NCBI GenBank assembly: GCA_947628395.1
Contig: CANQZP010000001.1
Span: forward strand, 119 to 64,118
Direction: 5' to 3'
Length of the DNA stretch: 64,000 nucleotides
Source: an uncultured Clostridia bacterium
Lineage (GTDB): Bacteria; Bacillota; Clostridia; TANB77; CAG-508
Shown: piece by piece, positions 11,521 through 21,905 of the stretch
How positions within the stretch are numbered: the first letter of the stretch is position 1
Layout of the letters: each line of letters opens with the position of its first letter
Program-made: the position numbers and the translations under genes
The notes under the pieces: generated by a model
Seen by the model: the letters and a program-made list of their open reading frames with translations, nothing else
The model's database searches: none
What the model was told of the DNA's origin: nothing

Positions 11521-11636
11521 CGTAGGGGCGATTATCAATCGCCCGTTCTCCGAAGGCAACCTGCCATTATGTCTTTTGACATATATTTTGTCTTATTTTG
11601 TTGGTAAAAACGGGCGATTGATAATCGCCCCTACGG
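11521..11636. repeat. MITE-like unit made of two inverted B hairpins (cgtaggggcgattatcaatcgcccg ... cgggcgattgataatcgcccctacg) flanking ~60 bp
   Basis: The two sequences are exact reverse complements of each other. It sits in the 430-bp intergenic gap between the two surface-protein modules. Confidence 0.7.
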
Positions 11637-11675
11637 TAAAAAATAATTTTTGTAATATTATATTTAACACAAAAT

Positions 11676-11716
11676 CCCAAAAACACGATTTAGAAATTTC
11701 TTAAATCGTGTTTTTG
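11676..11716 (-). terminator. Hairpin terminator after the 3392-aa gene
   Basis: Stem aaaacacgattta/ttaaatcgtgtttt with T/A runs on both sides, immediately 3' of the stop at 11727. Confidence 0.55.
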
Positions 11717-11726
11717 TTTTTTAAGA

Positions 11727-14700
11727 TTACTCTTCCATCTTACGCTTTTTTCTATTTCTATCATAGACTATTGTAACAATTGGAATTATAACTATTGCCA
11801 CTGCTGTTGTTGCTGTTGCTATTATCGTAACAATCAACATCTTATTACTTGTTTCCATACTTACACTTAAACCTGTTGGTTCTGTTAATGTTACATATTC
11901 TGTAGCATCAGCATCTCTTTCAGGTAATGTTTCATCTTCTTCTCTTGAGTCTTTATCGCCATCTAGCACTTCGCCTGTTTCATTCTTTATACTACTATAT
12001 CCTGCTGCCCAATAGAAACTTGAACCTCCAAATCCGCCATCGCTTATTGCTTTTCTAGCTATCTCTATAGCATTTCCTGGAATTGCCTCTACATCTATTC
12101 TACCAGCAGTATTAGAGTATACTAAAATTTCAGCTAAGTTATCAAATCTTAAGCTTTCACTATCTCCACCACTACTTACTGTCTTAGACATTGTAATATC
12201 TATTGAAGCTGTTGATTTTGATGAGTCATCAAGACTAGCTGATATTGGTATTAACGCTTTCGTTAAGTCTGGATTATATTTATCTACAGTATCAATAGTA
12301 GTATCAACTTTATATCTAGCTTGTGTTTCTGAAATTGTTCCTGTCTCGTCTTTCGTTAATGATTTACCAGTAATATCCTTCAAATAGGTGTGATACTCAT
12401 TACCTCCAGTCAAATTATCTCCAGATTGTTTATGCTTAATATTTTCATTTGTAGATAATACCACATTAGATTTTCCTGTACCAAAGTAGCTTATATCTTT
12501 ATAATCTTGTAATTTACCTTCAGTTAATGAATCAGCAGATAATAATCCTTTGAAGTCATCTCCTACACTAGTTACATTATTTACTGTTGCAGGATTCCAA
12601 GAATGATTCTCTGTGTTAGTATTTTCAACTTCATTTAATCCAATATCATTATCAATATAATCTACAACTTGGTCTACTGTTGTAGTTACTACATCATCAG
12701 TAGAGTTATTTATATTATGTGTATAATAATAATTTCCTAAGCTATTCTTTTCTCCATTTACATTATATACTTTAACTCCTGTTCCATATTGAATTCCATG
12801 TCCAGTCTTATATTCATCAGACTGCTCTATACCAGCAGCTAATTCATATATTTTTTCCATCTTTGTCATACCAGCTAAATCTTTACCCACATAATCTACA
12901 TCAGACTCATTTGTAACTTTAATATTATATCCTAATTTTACTGACAAGTTATTTAAATAACTATCTTCTATTTGAATATAGTGGAAACCTTGGCTTGCTC
13001 CTGCTGATACAAGAGACATCATCATGTCTGTAGCAACACCAGTTTCTGTATCAATATCAAATATAGTTTTAGTAGAATCATTTGGATCTTCTTTTATACC
13101 TTTTATATCAGCTCTAAATATTACAGAAGAATCATCATTTTTCGTTAAAGTTATATTTTTCAATTCTTTATCTAATGTTATCTTAGTTTCTGGACGTTTC
13201 TCAATACCAAAATCTAAGCCCTCAATCTTATATAAATGATCAAATACTCCTTCATCACTTATAACAGTTTTATCATAGTATCCTGCTGTATTACTATATC
13301 CAAGATTATTTTGTTTCTCAACTTCAATATTTAATTTTGCAGTATCTGCTCTCATCCATGTATTCTTTATTTTTTCACCAGTATATGTGTCAGTATTTAA
13401 TACTGTAGCATTTTCTTCTGATACAGTTCTAGAATATGCAATCGTTCTTAATCTTTGTGGCTCATAATCTCTAGCATCTGACATTCTGGTATTTATATCA
13501 TTAATAGTACCATTCTGCAAATTATGCCACTCATCTTGTACTGCATTTCCCATATGATATGAAGTATTTTTATAATCCTGACCATTATAATTAATATTCT
13601 TTTCTTTATTTCCATAAGTAAATCTTACAGCATAAATACCAGGTGGTATATTAGAAAAAGTATAACCATTAGTAGAATTAGTACTTATATTTAGCGCTCC
13701 AACTATTCCTTGCTGACCACTAACAAACACTCTTCCGTCGTCTTCATTAACATTCCAAGCAAATTCATATTCATTATTATCTGTACCCTTAATTTTTTCA
13801 ATTAGAGCTACATCAACATCAGGAATCGTATTTTCGCCATCTTTATATTCACCATCTCCTGGATTAGCTCCATCATCTGAATCCGACCATACTAATCCTG
13901 AAATACTTCGTTCATCTTTTTGCTCTGCATAAATGTTAACTAACAATTTACCAGCATTACTTGTATCATCTTCAACGTATTGTAAATTTCCTTCTAATAT
14001 TTTTCCTATATTAGCATTTCCAGCAGCTGAATCTCTATCTACCTTACCAGAATTCTTACCAGTTCCATATACACTAGTATCATTTTTTCTTCGAGTATAG
14101 AAAGTAGAATAATTAGAAATTTCAGATATACAAGCTTTTATATTTTCCACTGGGGAAGTAGGATCCTTTGCCGAGCCTTTAGTTAAGCCAGGTCTGTCTG
14201 GTTGAACCTCTCCTGTTTCCAATGCTTTAGCTACCATATCGTTATATCCATCTTTATCTATCTCATAAGCAGTAAATACTTCAATTCTATCACCAGATTC
14301 CAAAATAACATCTTTTAATGAACTAGTTGTTGCTTTATTATAAGTTATATCTGGTGGTGGCGTAATTGTAGTCCATTCAACATCACCTGATAAACTATCA
14401 TTATATCCCTCAAGATCTCCAGTTTTATTAAATTGATACTTAATATCTGAATTATCAGCTTTAATAACCCTATAATATGAGAAGTTTGCCATTAATTGAG
14501 ATGCTCTTTCAAGCTCACCTTCGTTTAATTTGGATGGATCTTTTTTTACCATAACATCACTATATAATCCATCACCATCAGTAACCTTCAATTTATTATC
14601 AGCATCAGTATAATTATTATTATTTACTAAAGTAAATGTCGGATCATAATATTCTGAAAGTTCATTAACACACGCTTTAGATACTGACTCATTATAAATT

Positions 14701-17700
14701 GTTGTTTTATATGTTACAAACACTCTAAGCTCTGTATTCTTCTTTAATTCTTTTATAGCATCTGCAGCACTATATACATTTGAACTAAAGTTTACATCAG
14801 AACTATATAAACCTAAATTATATGTTTTACTTAATGATTTTATAACTCCATCACTATCTGGCTGTAATAGTAATGAATTATATGGATAATTTAAAAATTG
14901 TTCATTTATTACTACCCTAGCATCATATACATCTTTGTGTATTGATAAATCCGATTCATCTCTTTCCACCAATCCAAAGTTTATTTTATTAAAGTAATCT
15001 ACAATTGGATAATGAGTATCTATTGGATTCCCATTTTTTCTTTTTACTTCTATAGTATTAGATTTTTGCATTAAATGATATCCAGATTGTCTATCTGCTA
15101 GTAAAGGATACTGCATATTTATAGTTTTAGTAGAAGAAAGCATTGGGTGTTGACTTGTAAGAGTAGCAACAGCAGGAAGTCCATCAGATGGGTAATTATC
15201 TGGCTCAGTATGATATTTTGCTTGACTATCTTCTTCTTTTATATATGGTAGATCATTCTTTAAAGTATAAGGAGATTTATTTGAACCATCAGTATCACCA
15301 GTATTATAATTTACTTCTCCAGCACTTGTAATTCCGTTAAATTTAATATCGAAATTTTTCCTATCGTCATAGGATTCTGATGCAAATGAAGTATTTTCGT
15401 AACTATCATATAAAGGTCTATTATTTATCAATGTATTAACTCTATTTTTTGCTTCATCAATTCCATTCTCAGTAGTACTTTCATTTACTGATGTTCCATC
15501 AACACTTAATACCTCTGTTGGTTCATATTTTTGTCCATCATAAATATATTCAATACCATAATAATAATCATGACTAGAATCTATTGATAATGGCGGCATC
15601 ACATTCTTTACACTAAACTTACCAATATCATTTATTTCCAAATCCATTACAATTTCTTTATAATTTGTATCCTTACTATCATATCTACATAAAACAGCTT
15701 TAACTTTACCTTTTACATCAGTTGAATCTTTCTCATCAAATTTACCATATACACTATCAGCACTAGAAGTTTTATCATCTTCAGTATTTTCTACCCAAAT
15801 TTGTCCAGAAATCTCTGGAATTGTAAGTCTTGCCCCAATTTCTGAAATAATAGATCTACCATGATCAGGTTTCCATTGCGCTATTTCTTTTATATATACA
15901 ACATCTTTTACTTTACTTTGTGTTGATGGAGTTTGATCACTTATCAAGAAAATAGAAAACATTGTAGAACCAAGAGTATAACCTTTATCTGTATCTTCTA
16001 CTACACCAGAATCTCTAAATGCCCATTTTAATCTATGTTTTCCATTATAACTTCCAGTAGTAATTTCTTCATAGTTTTTATTAGTTGCAGAATCAAAGCC
16101 AGATATATCTTGAGTTTCAGAAACATCTAAATTATATATCTCTGATATTCTTCTTTCTGTTGGGTATGCAGAATCTCCATTAATTCTAATATTTGTGTCA
16201 TCGTTTACAGCATCTTCCCAAGCTTTTTTAGTAGATTTCCATTCTGAATTACTATTTTGTATTAACTGTGAATTTCCTTCAGTATACGTATAATCAGATA
16301 ATTCTACACTTTCTGTAATATTATAGAATATAAATTCTTTTTCTTCTACATTTAAAGCAACCTCATATTGACCAACTAAATTATCATCACCAATCAGAGA
16401 TAACCCAGTAATATTTCCTGAATCTGAGTGCCATTTATCTCTTGAAGGTACATTTTCATCTCCAGAAGCATCAATTATGCTCCCTACATACAATTGAGGT
16501 ATATATACTATAATAAGTTTATAATATATTTTTCCATCCTGTTTAAGCATTACAGTAATAACACTCTGTCCCGCTCTTTCCACTGCAAAAACAGCTTTAT
16601 TATCATATACTATACCATTTTTTAAATTAGCATTATCTTCCTCTTTTAATGAAATTGCTGCATCTTTCCATCCATCTCCTGTAAACCAGTTCTGATTATA
16701 ATATCTTTCTGAATCATATCTATAGTTTATTTTATAAGAAATAGCATTTTCATCTTCAAATTCTAGTTTTACAAAATTTTCTCCATCCTCACCTACTAAA
16801 TAACCTTTTTTTCTTACCTCAACAGATTGAAGATTTGAAAATGGAACTCCACCTAATTCAAAATCCTTCATTATTTCGCTTTGCTCAATATCTGAACCAT
16901 CTCCTATATATTCCTCATATCCAGCATTATCGTTCAAATTAGCTTTTTTTATCTCTAACCAATCATTGTTATCATTTTTTTCATTTTGAACCTCTGGAAA
17001 TTCAGTATCTTTACCTATATTAGTTACAGAAATATCACCTTGCCATTCATCTGCATTAAATTTATAAACTGAAACATCAATTCTGACATCACTTAAACCT
17101 TCTCCAGCATTTATTTTTATTTCATTCCATTTTCCAACAGCCAAACCTGTTATACCATCTATCGTTATATTTTCGCTTTCACCCCAAAATATTGTTGCAT
17201 CATAAGTTATTTGAACAATATTATTACCAATTATGTCTATCTTTTTAATTCCACGATCTGGTGCCGAAGATCCCCATTCAGTAGCAACTTGCTTATCATC
17301 AAAAGCAGTTGCTACTTGCACAGAAGGATTAGGACTTGGAATAATAGCATTTAATATAAAATCAAATACAACCTCTCCTGTATTTTTATTGTCAACAAAA
17401 TTTAAAGATTCTGTATAAGATAGAATATCTTTTCCACCTGTACCCTTACTAAAACCAATATCACAAAGGACTTCATAGTTTTCAATCTTAGCAGCATAAT
17501 AACCATCTGTTGCTTCATAAGTTCCATTATATTCAGGATTTATAGTTAGAGTTATTCCACACATTTCTATTAATGAACTACTATATGGATTATTTGTTAC
17601 AACCTCTATATACAAATGTTTACTAGTTGATCCCACTAATTTTATCAAGTCAAAAGTTACTTCTAACATTTTATCGCCATTAGAATCCGGAGAATTTTTT

Positions 17701-20700
17701 ACTTCTGCAGCTCCATCTACATTAGAACTATGTAAGGTAGTTTTGAAATCATAATTATATTTATTATGTAACTTCAATACTAATTTATTACCAGCAATTT
17801 CTTCCACAGCTACTGGTTGATAAAATTCCAATTCCCCATTATCTGTATTATAATTTTGTACATGAAATCTATATTTTCCATAATCAGCAAAATATTCTGT
17901 ATCTTCTTTACTTCCTAATAATGCAACTATTGATATATAAAAATCTCCTGCTTCTCCTCTGTCTTCATATCCATTTATTAATCCTTCAAACCAAATACTA
18001 TATACGCTATTAAAATAAGTTCTATTAAACTCTAGTTGTACACTTGAGTTACTCTTTTTAATTGTTACATTATTTTTAATACCTTGTTTTGTATTATCCA
18101 CAAATTTTAAGTTTTTTTCATCAAAATTTCCCTCTACTGGTATCGTGATCGTTATTTTTCCATCATTATCTTCATTTACTGTTGGCTCATTTTTTAATTT
18201 GGCACCATAACCACCTTGAGAATTCAAATAATTAGCAATTTCTATCTTAAAAGAATCATTACTCCAAGAAGTACTTTCAGCTTCTTTATTTTTTGATGAA
18301 ACATATTTATTAAACTTGTCTGAATCAATGTTTAAAGATAAATTATAATTTACAGTTGTATTTATATCACCACTTTGAATTTTAACACCTAAATTCTCTA
18401 CATTTATATTAGTTGTACCAGATAATTCTATTCTTATTTTTTTATTATCTACAACATATATACTATATGGTTTATCATTTCCTGTATTAGTAATATTTTC
18501 TATTCTATCTCCTGTTCTAGGATGCATATATACTACAATTTTACCATTTTCATAAGTAATCTCACTAATTTGTAGATCTATATCACTTAAAGTAGCACCA
18601 TTACTTTTACTTAGAGTACCCTTTATACCCATATCATCATTATTTTTTGTAGTATTTCTTTTACTAGCCGACTGTTTTTTATTTATAGTTATAGCATTTA
18701 TTTTTTTATTTCCAGATGTAAAATATCCTTCTTCAAAAGTAACAGTTTGACCATTTTGCAATAATTCCTTATTAAAAGTAATAGTTTTAGGATTTACGTT
18801 ATTATTTATAGTATAAGAAACATTATCCTTAGTTCCTTCTGTTTTACCATTCTGGTCTTTAATGTTAGCTGATGTATTGTATATTTTATAAGTCATATAA
18901 GTTGAACTATCTAAATCAGCTGTTTCTGTAACGCACTTTGCAATTACTGTATATTTTTTAGAATTTTCATTTCCATCTGATACAGTAATTGTTCCACTTT
19001 CTCCAGTCATTATTAATGTATAAATGCATTTTTCTCTATTATAATCATAAAATGTTTTTCCTTTATTTTCTATATTTTCAAATTTTAATATTGCATTCGA
19101 ACTAGAAATTACTGAAAAATTAGATTTATTATTTTGCTCACTCAATTTCAATTGAATAACATCATTTTTTATTTCAATATTATTACCTTTAACCTCTAAA
19201 TTCAAATCTACTTTACTATTTTGGCTATTATTATCACCTATAGTAATTGATTCAATTTTTTTCTTACGATCATTAGTTATAAAATATCCTCGTTCAAAAG
19301 TAACACTTCCTTTATTTTCAAAACCAGAAAATATAATATAATAAAGATCAACATCGCTTGTATTAGTATGTTTTTCTATTTTATAATTAACTCCATTATA
19401 TGAACCTTCAGTTTTACCATTTTTATCTGTTACTGCACCAACAGTATTATATACTCTATATTGAATTTCATTATCAGATTCTTTGAATCTTTCTACACGT
19501 GAATCTACATTTACACTATATAAAGCTGTAGTTGAGCCATTTTTTACTTTTATAGTTCCATCCTGAGGACTAGTTAAATAACATTGCCATGTTCTTCTAT
19601 CAGTTAAAGAATCTAAAGCTGCATCTTTTCCTACATGTATACCTGTTCCCTCTAATTCTGTTTTTTCTTTTACTTTTACATAAAATTTTTGATTATTTAA
19701 TTGACTATTCAAATCCCATAAATTAAGATTAATAACTTTTCCATTAATTTCTATATTGTCACTACCAGCATATAGTTTTACTTTTTCATTAATATCTGAT
19801 TCTTGATTATCAACATTTTTACCGTCTTTATTAATTTCTTCAACTGGTTTTGAAAGATTATCTGATCTGAAATATCCTCTTTCGAAATTTATAGCCTGAT
19901 CTTTTTCAAAACCAGTAAGTATAATGTAATAAAGATCAATATCGCTTGTATTAGTGTGTTTTTCTATTTTGTAGTCCACCCCATTATACGAACCTTCAGT
20001 ATTTCCTTCTCTATCAGTTACTGCACCAACAGTATTATATACTCTATATTGAATTTCACTATCAGACTCTTTAAATCTTTCTACACGTGAATCTACATTT
20101 ACACTATAAGTAGAAGTATTAGAACCATTTTTTACTGTTAAAATTCCATCTTGAGGTTTAGTTAGATAACATTTCCATGTTCTTCTATTATTTGAAGAAT
20201 CTAAAGCCGCATCTCTTCCTACATGTACGCCATCTCCTGTTAATGTTGCTTCATCATCTATTTTCAATAAGAAAGTTTGATTATTTAGATTTTTAGTTAA
20301 ATCCCATAAATTAAGATTAATAGTATCACCATCAATTTCTACATTCTCATCATTAGAATATATCGTTGCATCTCCAGAATTACTATCTAAAGCAGCAATT
20401 TGTCTAATATCATCTGCTTTAGCATACATATCAGTTGTGTCAACATGTTGCTCTTGCATTGCCAAAATACTATCTGTTTTTAAATAATTATAACCAAGCC
20501 ATGTAGATTTTGGACCATCAAATTCTAATCTATATTCATCAGTTTGACCCTCATTATATACATCAATATATTCGCTATTATCACTTTGTTTTATTTCATT
20601 ATAAGAATCACCAGTATAAGTTAAATTATCATATTTAGCAGTTAATAAACCTAAATCTGTACTTCCTAAATTAGATACCAGACTAATACTTTTTATATTT

Positions 20701-21905
20701 GTTATTCTATCATCAGCTAAAATATCAGAGACATCACCATTTGTAATACTACTAGCTTTTATCTTTACATTAAATTTTTCTCCGCTATATGGAATTGGAT
20801 ATCCTCCATCACGTGACTTTCTTGAGATTGAACCAGAACCCACTTGTGTAATAGGATGATTACCATTATAGTCACAATGAACAGTAGAAGGGTGTTGCCA
20901 TTTCTGCTTATTTAATCTTTCATGTTTATCTTCATCTTGGATTTCAATATCAAAATCCCCTCTTGCAAAAGACATAGTTTCTTCCGTTCCATTAGCTTTA
21001 GAGCAAACTAATTCTATATCATCAGGAAAAGTATTTATTATAAATCTAATACACTTTTTCTCTGTTGAACCATCTGGCTTTGGGATTGGTATATGAGTAT
21101 ATTTCTGAAGTACAAATAGATTTGAAACTAAATCTGAGACTAAAATATAATCTTCACTATTTTCTTTTACAACAGAAACATTACCATTAAAATCTATCCT
21201 ACACATTGAATCAACTACTTTATTTAAATCATCATCACTATAATTATTCAGATTTTGTTCATTACGACCAGTATTTGCTATAAGTTTTTGCCTTATTTCT
21301 CCCATATAATTAGAATATTCTTTTGCTTGATCAATTAAATTTTGAACATTTTCTTCCTCATCAACATCATAATCAATTGTAGAATCATCAACGCCTTTTA
21401 CTAATATAAGCCATGCCTTTTGAACAACAGTATGCCAATAATTTAGATTTTCAGAACCAGACATTCCTATATTGGCTCCATCATTCATATACATAAGAAA
21501 AGCTTCTATATCAGTAGCTGTATTATCTTTATCATCAAGTTTAAATGAGTGATCATCTTTATCTTTATCCTTTTTTCTATATACACTATTTAATAGGTTT
21601 GAGTCCGAATATAAATTTCCTATTCTGCTACGTCCTCTATCCTCTATTTGGTATAATTCATTATCTTCTATTTTAGCTATTGTATCTACTATATCCCAAT
21701 TACCACGTCTACGACTTCCACTCCAATATTTCTTACGAGTAGTTCTTGGATTTATAGGAGAGTGCTCAACTATATCATATACACGATTTTTTTTATTATT
21801 AATTGTTACATTTGTCCATGCTCCTATGATAGCTGGAGATAATATTATTGATAAAATCAATGAAATCATTAATATTAAAAGTATTTTTTTACAACATTTC
21901 ATCAT
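11727..21905 (-). CDS. Giant (3392 aa) secreted cell-surface protein (A-type) with internal ~195-aa tandem repeats, SdrD-B/Cna-B-like domains, and a C-terminal LTEPTG motif followed by a TM helix and basic tail
   Basis: 10.2-kb uninterrupted ORF with RBS agaggtga. Its ATG overlaps the upstream gene's stop (ATGA-type coupling). N-terminal signal peptide. C-terminus TEPTG + hydrophobic stretch + RNRKKRKMEE. The C-terminal ~1100 aa are homologous to the 1707-aa protein. Confidence 0.8.
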   Translation of the reverse strand: MMKCCKKILLILMISLILSIILSPAIIGAWTNVTINNKKNRVYDIVEHSPINPRTTRKKYWSGSRRRGNWDIVDTIAKIEDNELYQIEDRGRSRIGNLYSDSNLLNSVYRKKDKDKDDHSFKLDDKDNTATDIEAFLMYMNDGANIGMSGSENLNYWHTVVQKAWLILVKGVDDSTIDYDVDEEENVQNLIDQAKEYSNYMGEIRQKLIANTGRNEQNLNNYSDDDLNKVVDSMCRIDFNGNVSVVKENSEDYILVSDLVSNLFVLQKYTHIPIPKPDGSTEKKCIRFIINTFPDDIELVCSKANGTEETMSFARGDFDIEIQDEDKHERLNKQKWQHPSTVHCDYNGNHPITQVGSGSISRKSRDGGYPIPYSGEKFNVKIKASSITNGDVSDILADDRITNIKSISLVSNLGSTDLGLLTAKYDNLTYTGDSYNEIKQSDNSEYIDVYNEGQTDEYRLEFDGPKSTWLGYNYLKTDSILAMQEQHVDTTDMYAKADDIRQIAALDSNSGDATIYSNDENVEIDGDTINLNLWDLTKNLNNQTFLLKIDDEATLTGDGVHVGRDAALDSSNNRRTWKCYLTKPQDGILTVKNGSNTSTYSVNVDSRVERFKESDSEIQYRVYNTVGAVTDREGNTEGSYNGVDYKIEKHTNTSDIDLYYIILTGFEKDQAINFERGYFRSDNLSKPVEEINKDGKNVDNQESDINEKVKLYAGSDNIEINGKVINLNLWDLNSQLNNQKFYVKVKEKTELEGTGIHVGKDAALDSLTDRRTWQCYLTSPQDGTIKVKNGSTTALYSVNVDSRVERFKESDNEIQYRVYNTVGAVTDKNGKTEGSYNGVNYKIEKHTNTSDVDLYYIIFSGFENKGSVTFERGYFITNDRKKKIESITIGDNNSQNSKVDLNLEVKGNNIEIKNDVIQLKLSEQNNKSNFSVISSSNAILKFENIENKGKTFYDYNREKCIYTLIMTGESGTITVSDGNENSKKYTVIAKCVTETADLDSSTYMTYKIYNTSANIKDQNGKTEGTKDNVSYTINNNVNPKTITFNKELLQNGQTVTFEEGYFTSGNKKINAITINKKQSASKRNTTKNNDDMGIKGTLSKSNGATLSDIDLQISEITYENGKIVVYMHPRTGDRIENITNTGNDKPYSIYVVDNKKIRIELSGTTNINVENLGVKIQSGDINTTVNYNLSLNIDSDKFNKYVSSKNKEAESTSWSNDSFKIEIANYLNSQGGYGAKLKNEPTVNEDNDGKITITIPVEGNFDEKNLKFVDNTKQGIKNNVTIKKSNSSVQLEFNRTYFNSVYSIWFEGLINGYEDRGEAGDFYISIVALLGSKEDTEYFADYGKYRFHVQNYNTDNGELEFYQPVAVEEIAGNKLVLKLHNKYNYDFKTTLHSSNVDGAAEVKNSPDSNGDKMLEVTFDLIKLVGSTSKHLYIEVVTNNPYSSSLIEMCGITLTINPEYNGTYEATDGYYAAKIENYEVLCDIGFSKGTGGKDILSYTESLNFVDNKNTGEVVFDFILNAIIPSPNPSVQVATAFDDKQVATEWGSSAPDRGIKKIDIIGNNIVQITYDATIFWGESENITIDGITGLAVGKWNEIKINAGEGLSDVRIDVSVYKFNADEWQGDISVTNIGKDTEFPEVQNEKNDNNDWLEIKKANLNDNAGYEEYIGDGSDIEQSEIMKDFELGGVPFSNLQSVEVRKKGYLVGEDGENFVKLEFEDENAISYKINYRYDSERYYNQNWFTGDGWKDAAISLKEEDNANLKNGIVYDNKAVFAVERAGQSVITVMLKQDGKIYYKLIIVYIPQLYVGSIIDASGDENVPSRDKWHSDSGNITGLSLIGDDNLVGQYEVALNVEEKEFIFYNITESVELSDYTYTEGNSQLIQNSNSEWKSTKKAWEDAVNDDTNIRINGDSAYPTERRISEIYNLDVSETQDISGFDSATNKNYEEITTGSYNGKHRLKWAFRDSGVVEDTDKGYTLGSTMFSIFLISDQTPSTQSKVKDVVYIKEIAQWKPDHGRSIISEIGARLTIPEISGQIWVENTEDDKTSSADSVYGKFDEKDSTDVKGKVKAVLCRYDSKDTNYKEIVMDLEINDIGKFSVKNVMPPLSIDSSHDYYYGIEYIYDGQKYEPTEVLSVDGTSVNESTTENGIDEAKNRVNTLINNRPLYDSYENTSFASESYDDRKNFDIKFNGITSAGEVNYNTGDTDGSNKSPYTLKNDLPYIKEEDSQAKYHTEPDNYPSDGLPAVATLTSQHPMLSSTKTINMQYPLLADRQSGYHLMQKSNTIEVKRKNGNPIDTHYPIVDYFNKINFGLVERDESDLSIHKDVYDARVVINEQFLNYPYNSLLLQPDSDGVIKSLSKTYNLGLYSSDVNFSSNVYSAADAIKELKKNTELRVFVTYKTTIYNESVSKACVNELSEYYDPTFTLVNNNNYTDADNKLKVTDGDGLYSDVMVKKDPSKLNEGELERASQLMANFSYYRVIKADNSDIKYQFNKTGDLEGYNDSLSGDVEWTTITPPPDITYNKATTSSLKDVILESGDRIEVFTAYEIDKDGYNDMVAKALETGEVQPDRPGLTKGSAKDPTSPVENIKACISEISNYSTFYTRRKNDTSVYGTGKNSGKVDRDSAAGNANIGKILEGNLQYVEDDTSNAGKLLVNIYAEQKDERSISGLVWSDSDDGANPGDGEYKDGENTIPDVDVALIEKIKGTDNNEYEFAWNVNEDDGRVFVSGQQGIVGALNISTNSTNGYTFSNIPPGIYAVRFTYGNKEKNINYNGQDYKNTSYHMGNAVQDEWHNLQNGTINDINTRMSDARDYEPQRLRTIAYSRTVSEENATVLNTDTYTGEKIKNTWMRADTAKLNIEVEKQNNLGYSNTAGYYDKTVISDEGVFDHLYKIEGLDFGIEKRPETKITLDKELKNITLTKNDDSSVIFRADIKGIKEDPNDSTKTIFDIDTETGVATDMMMSLVSAGASQGFHYIQIEDSYLNNLSVKLGYNIKVTNESDVDYVGKDLAGMTKMEKIYELAAGIEQSDEYKTGHGIQYGTGVKVYNVNGEKNSLGNYYYTHNINNSTDDVVTTTVDQVVDYIDNDIGLNEVENTNTENHSWNPATVNNVTSVGDDFKGLLSADSLTEGKLQDYKDISYFGTGKSNVVLSTNENIKHKQSGDNLTGGNEYHTYLKDITGKSLTKDETGTISETQARYKVDTTIDTVDKYNPDLTKALIPISASLDDSSKSTASIDITMSKTVSSGGDSESLRFDNLAEILVYSNTAGRIDVEAIPGNAIEIARKAISDGGFGGSSFYWAAGYSSIKNETGEVLDGDKDSREEDETLPERDADATEYVTLTEPTGLSVSMETSNKMLIVTIIATATTAVAIVIIPIVTIVYDRNRKKRKMEE
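18700..20450 (-). repeat. Intragenic tandem repeat: two near-identical ~585-bp units (about 19290-19874 and 19875-20460) plus a divergent third unit (about 18700-19290)
   Basis: Protein repeats ...INLNLWDL...GRDAALDS..RRTW.CYLT.PQDG...SVNVDSRVERFKESD.EIQYRVYNTVGAVTD...ERGYF occur twice at >80% identity. DNA blocks at 19320-19380 and 19920-19980 are nearly identical. Confidence 0.75.
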
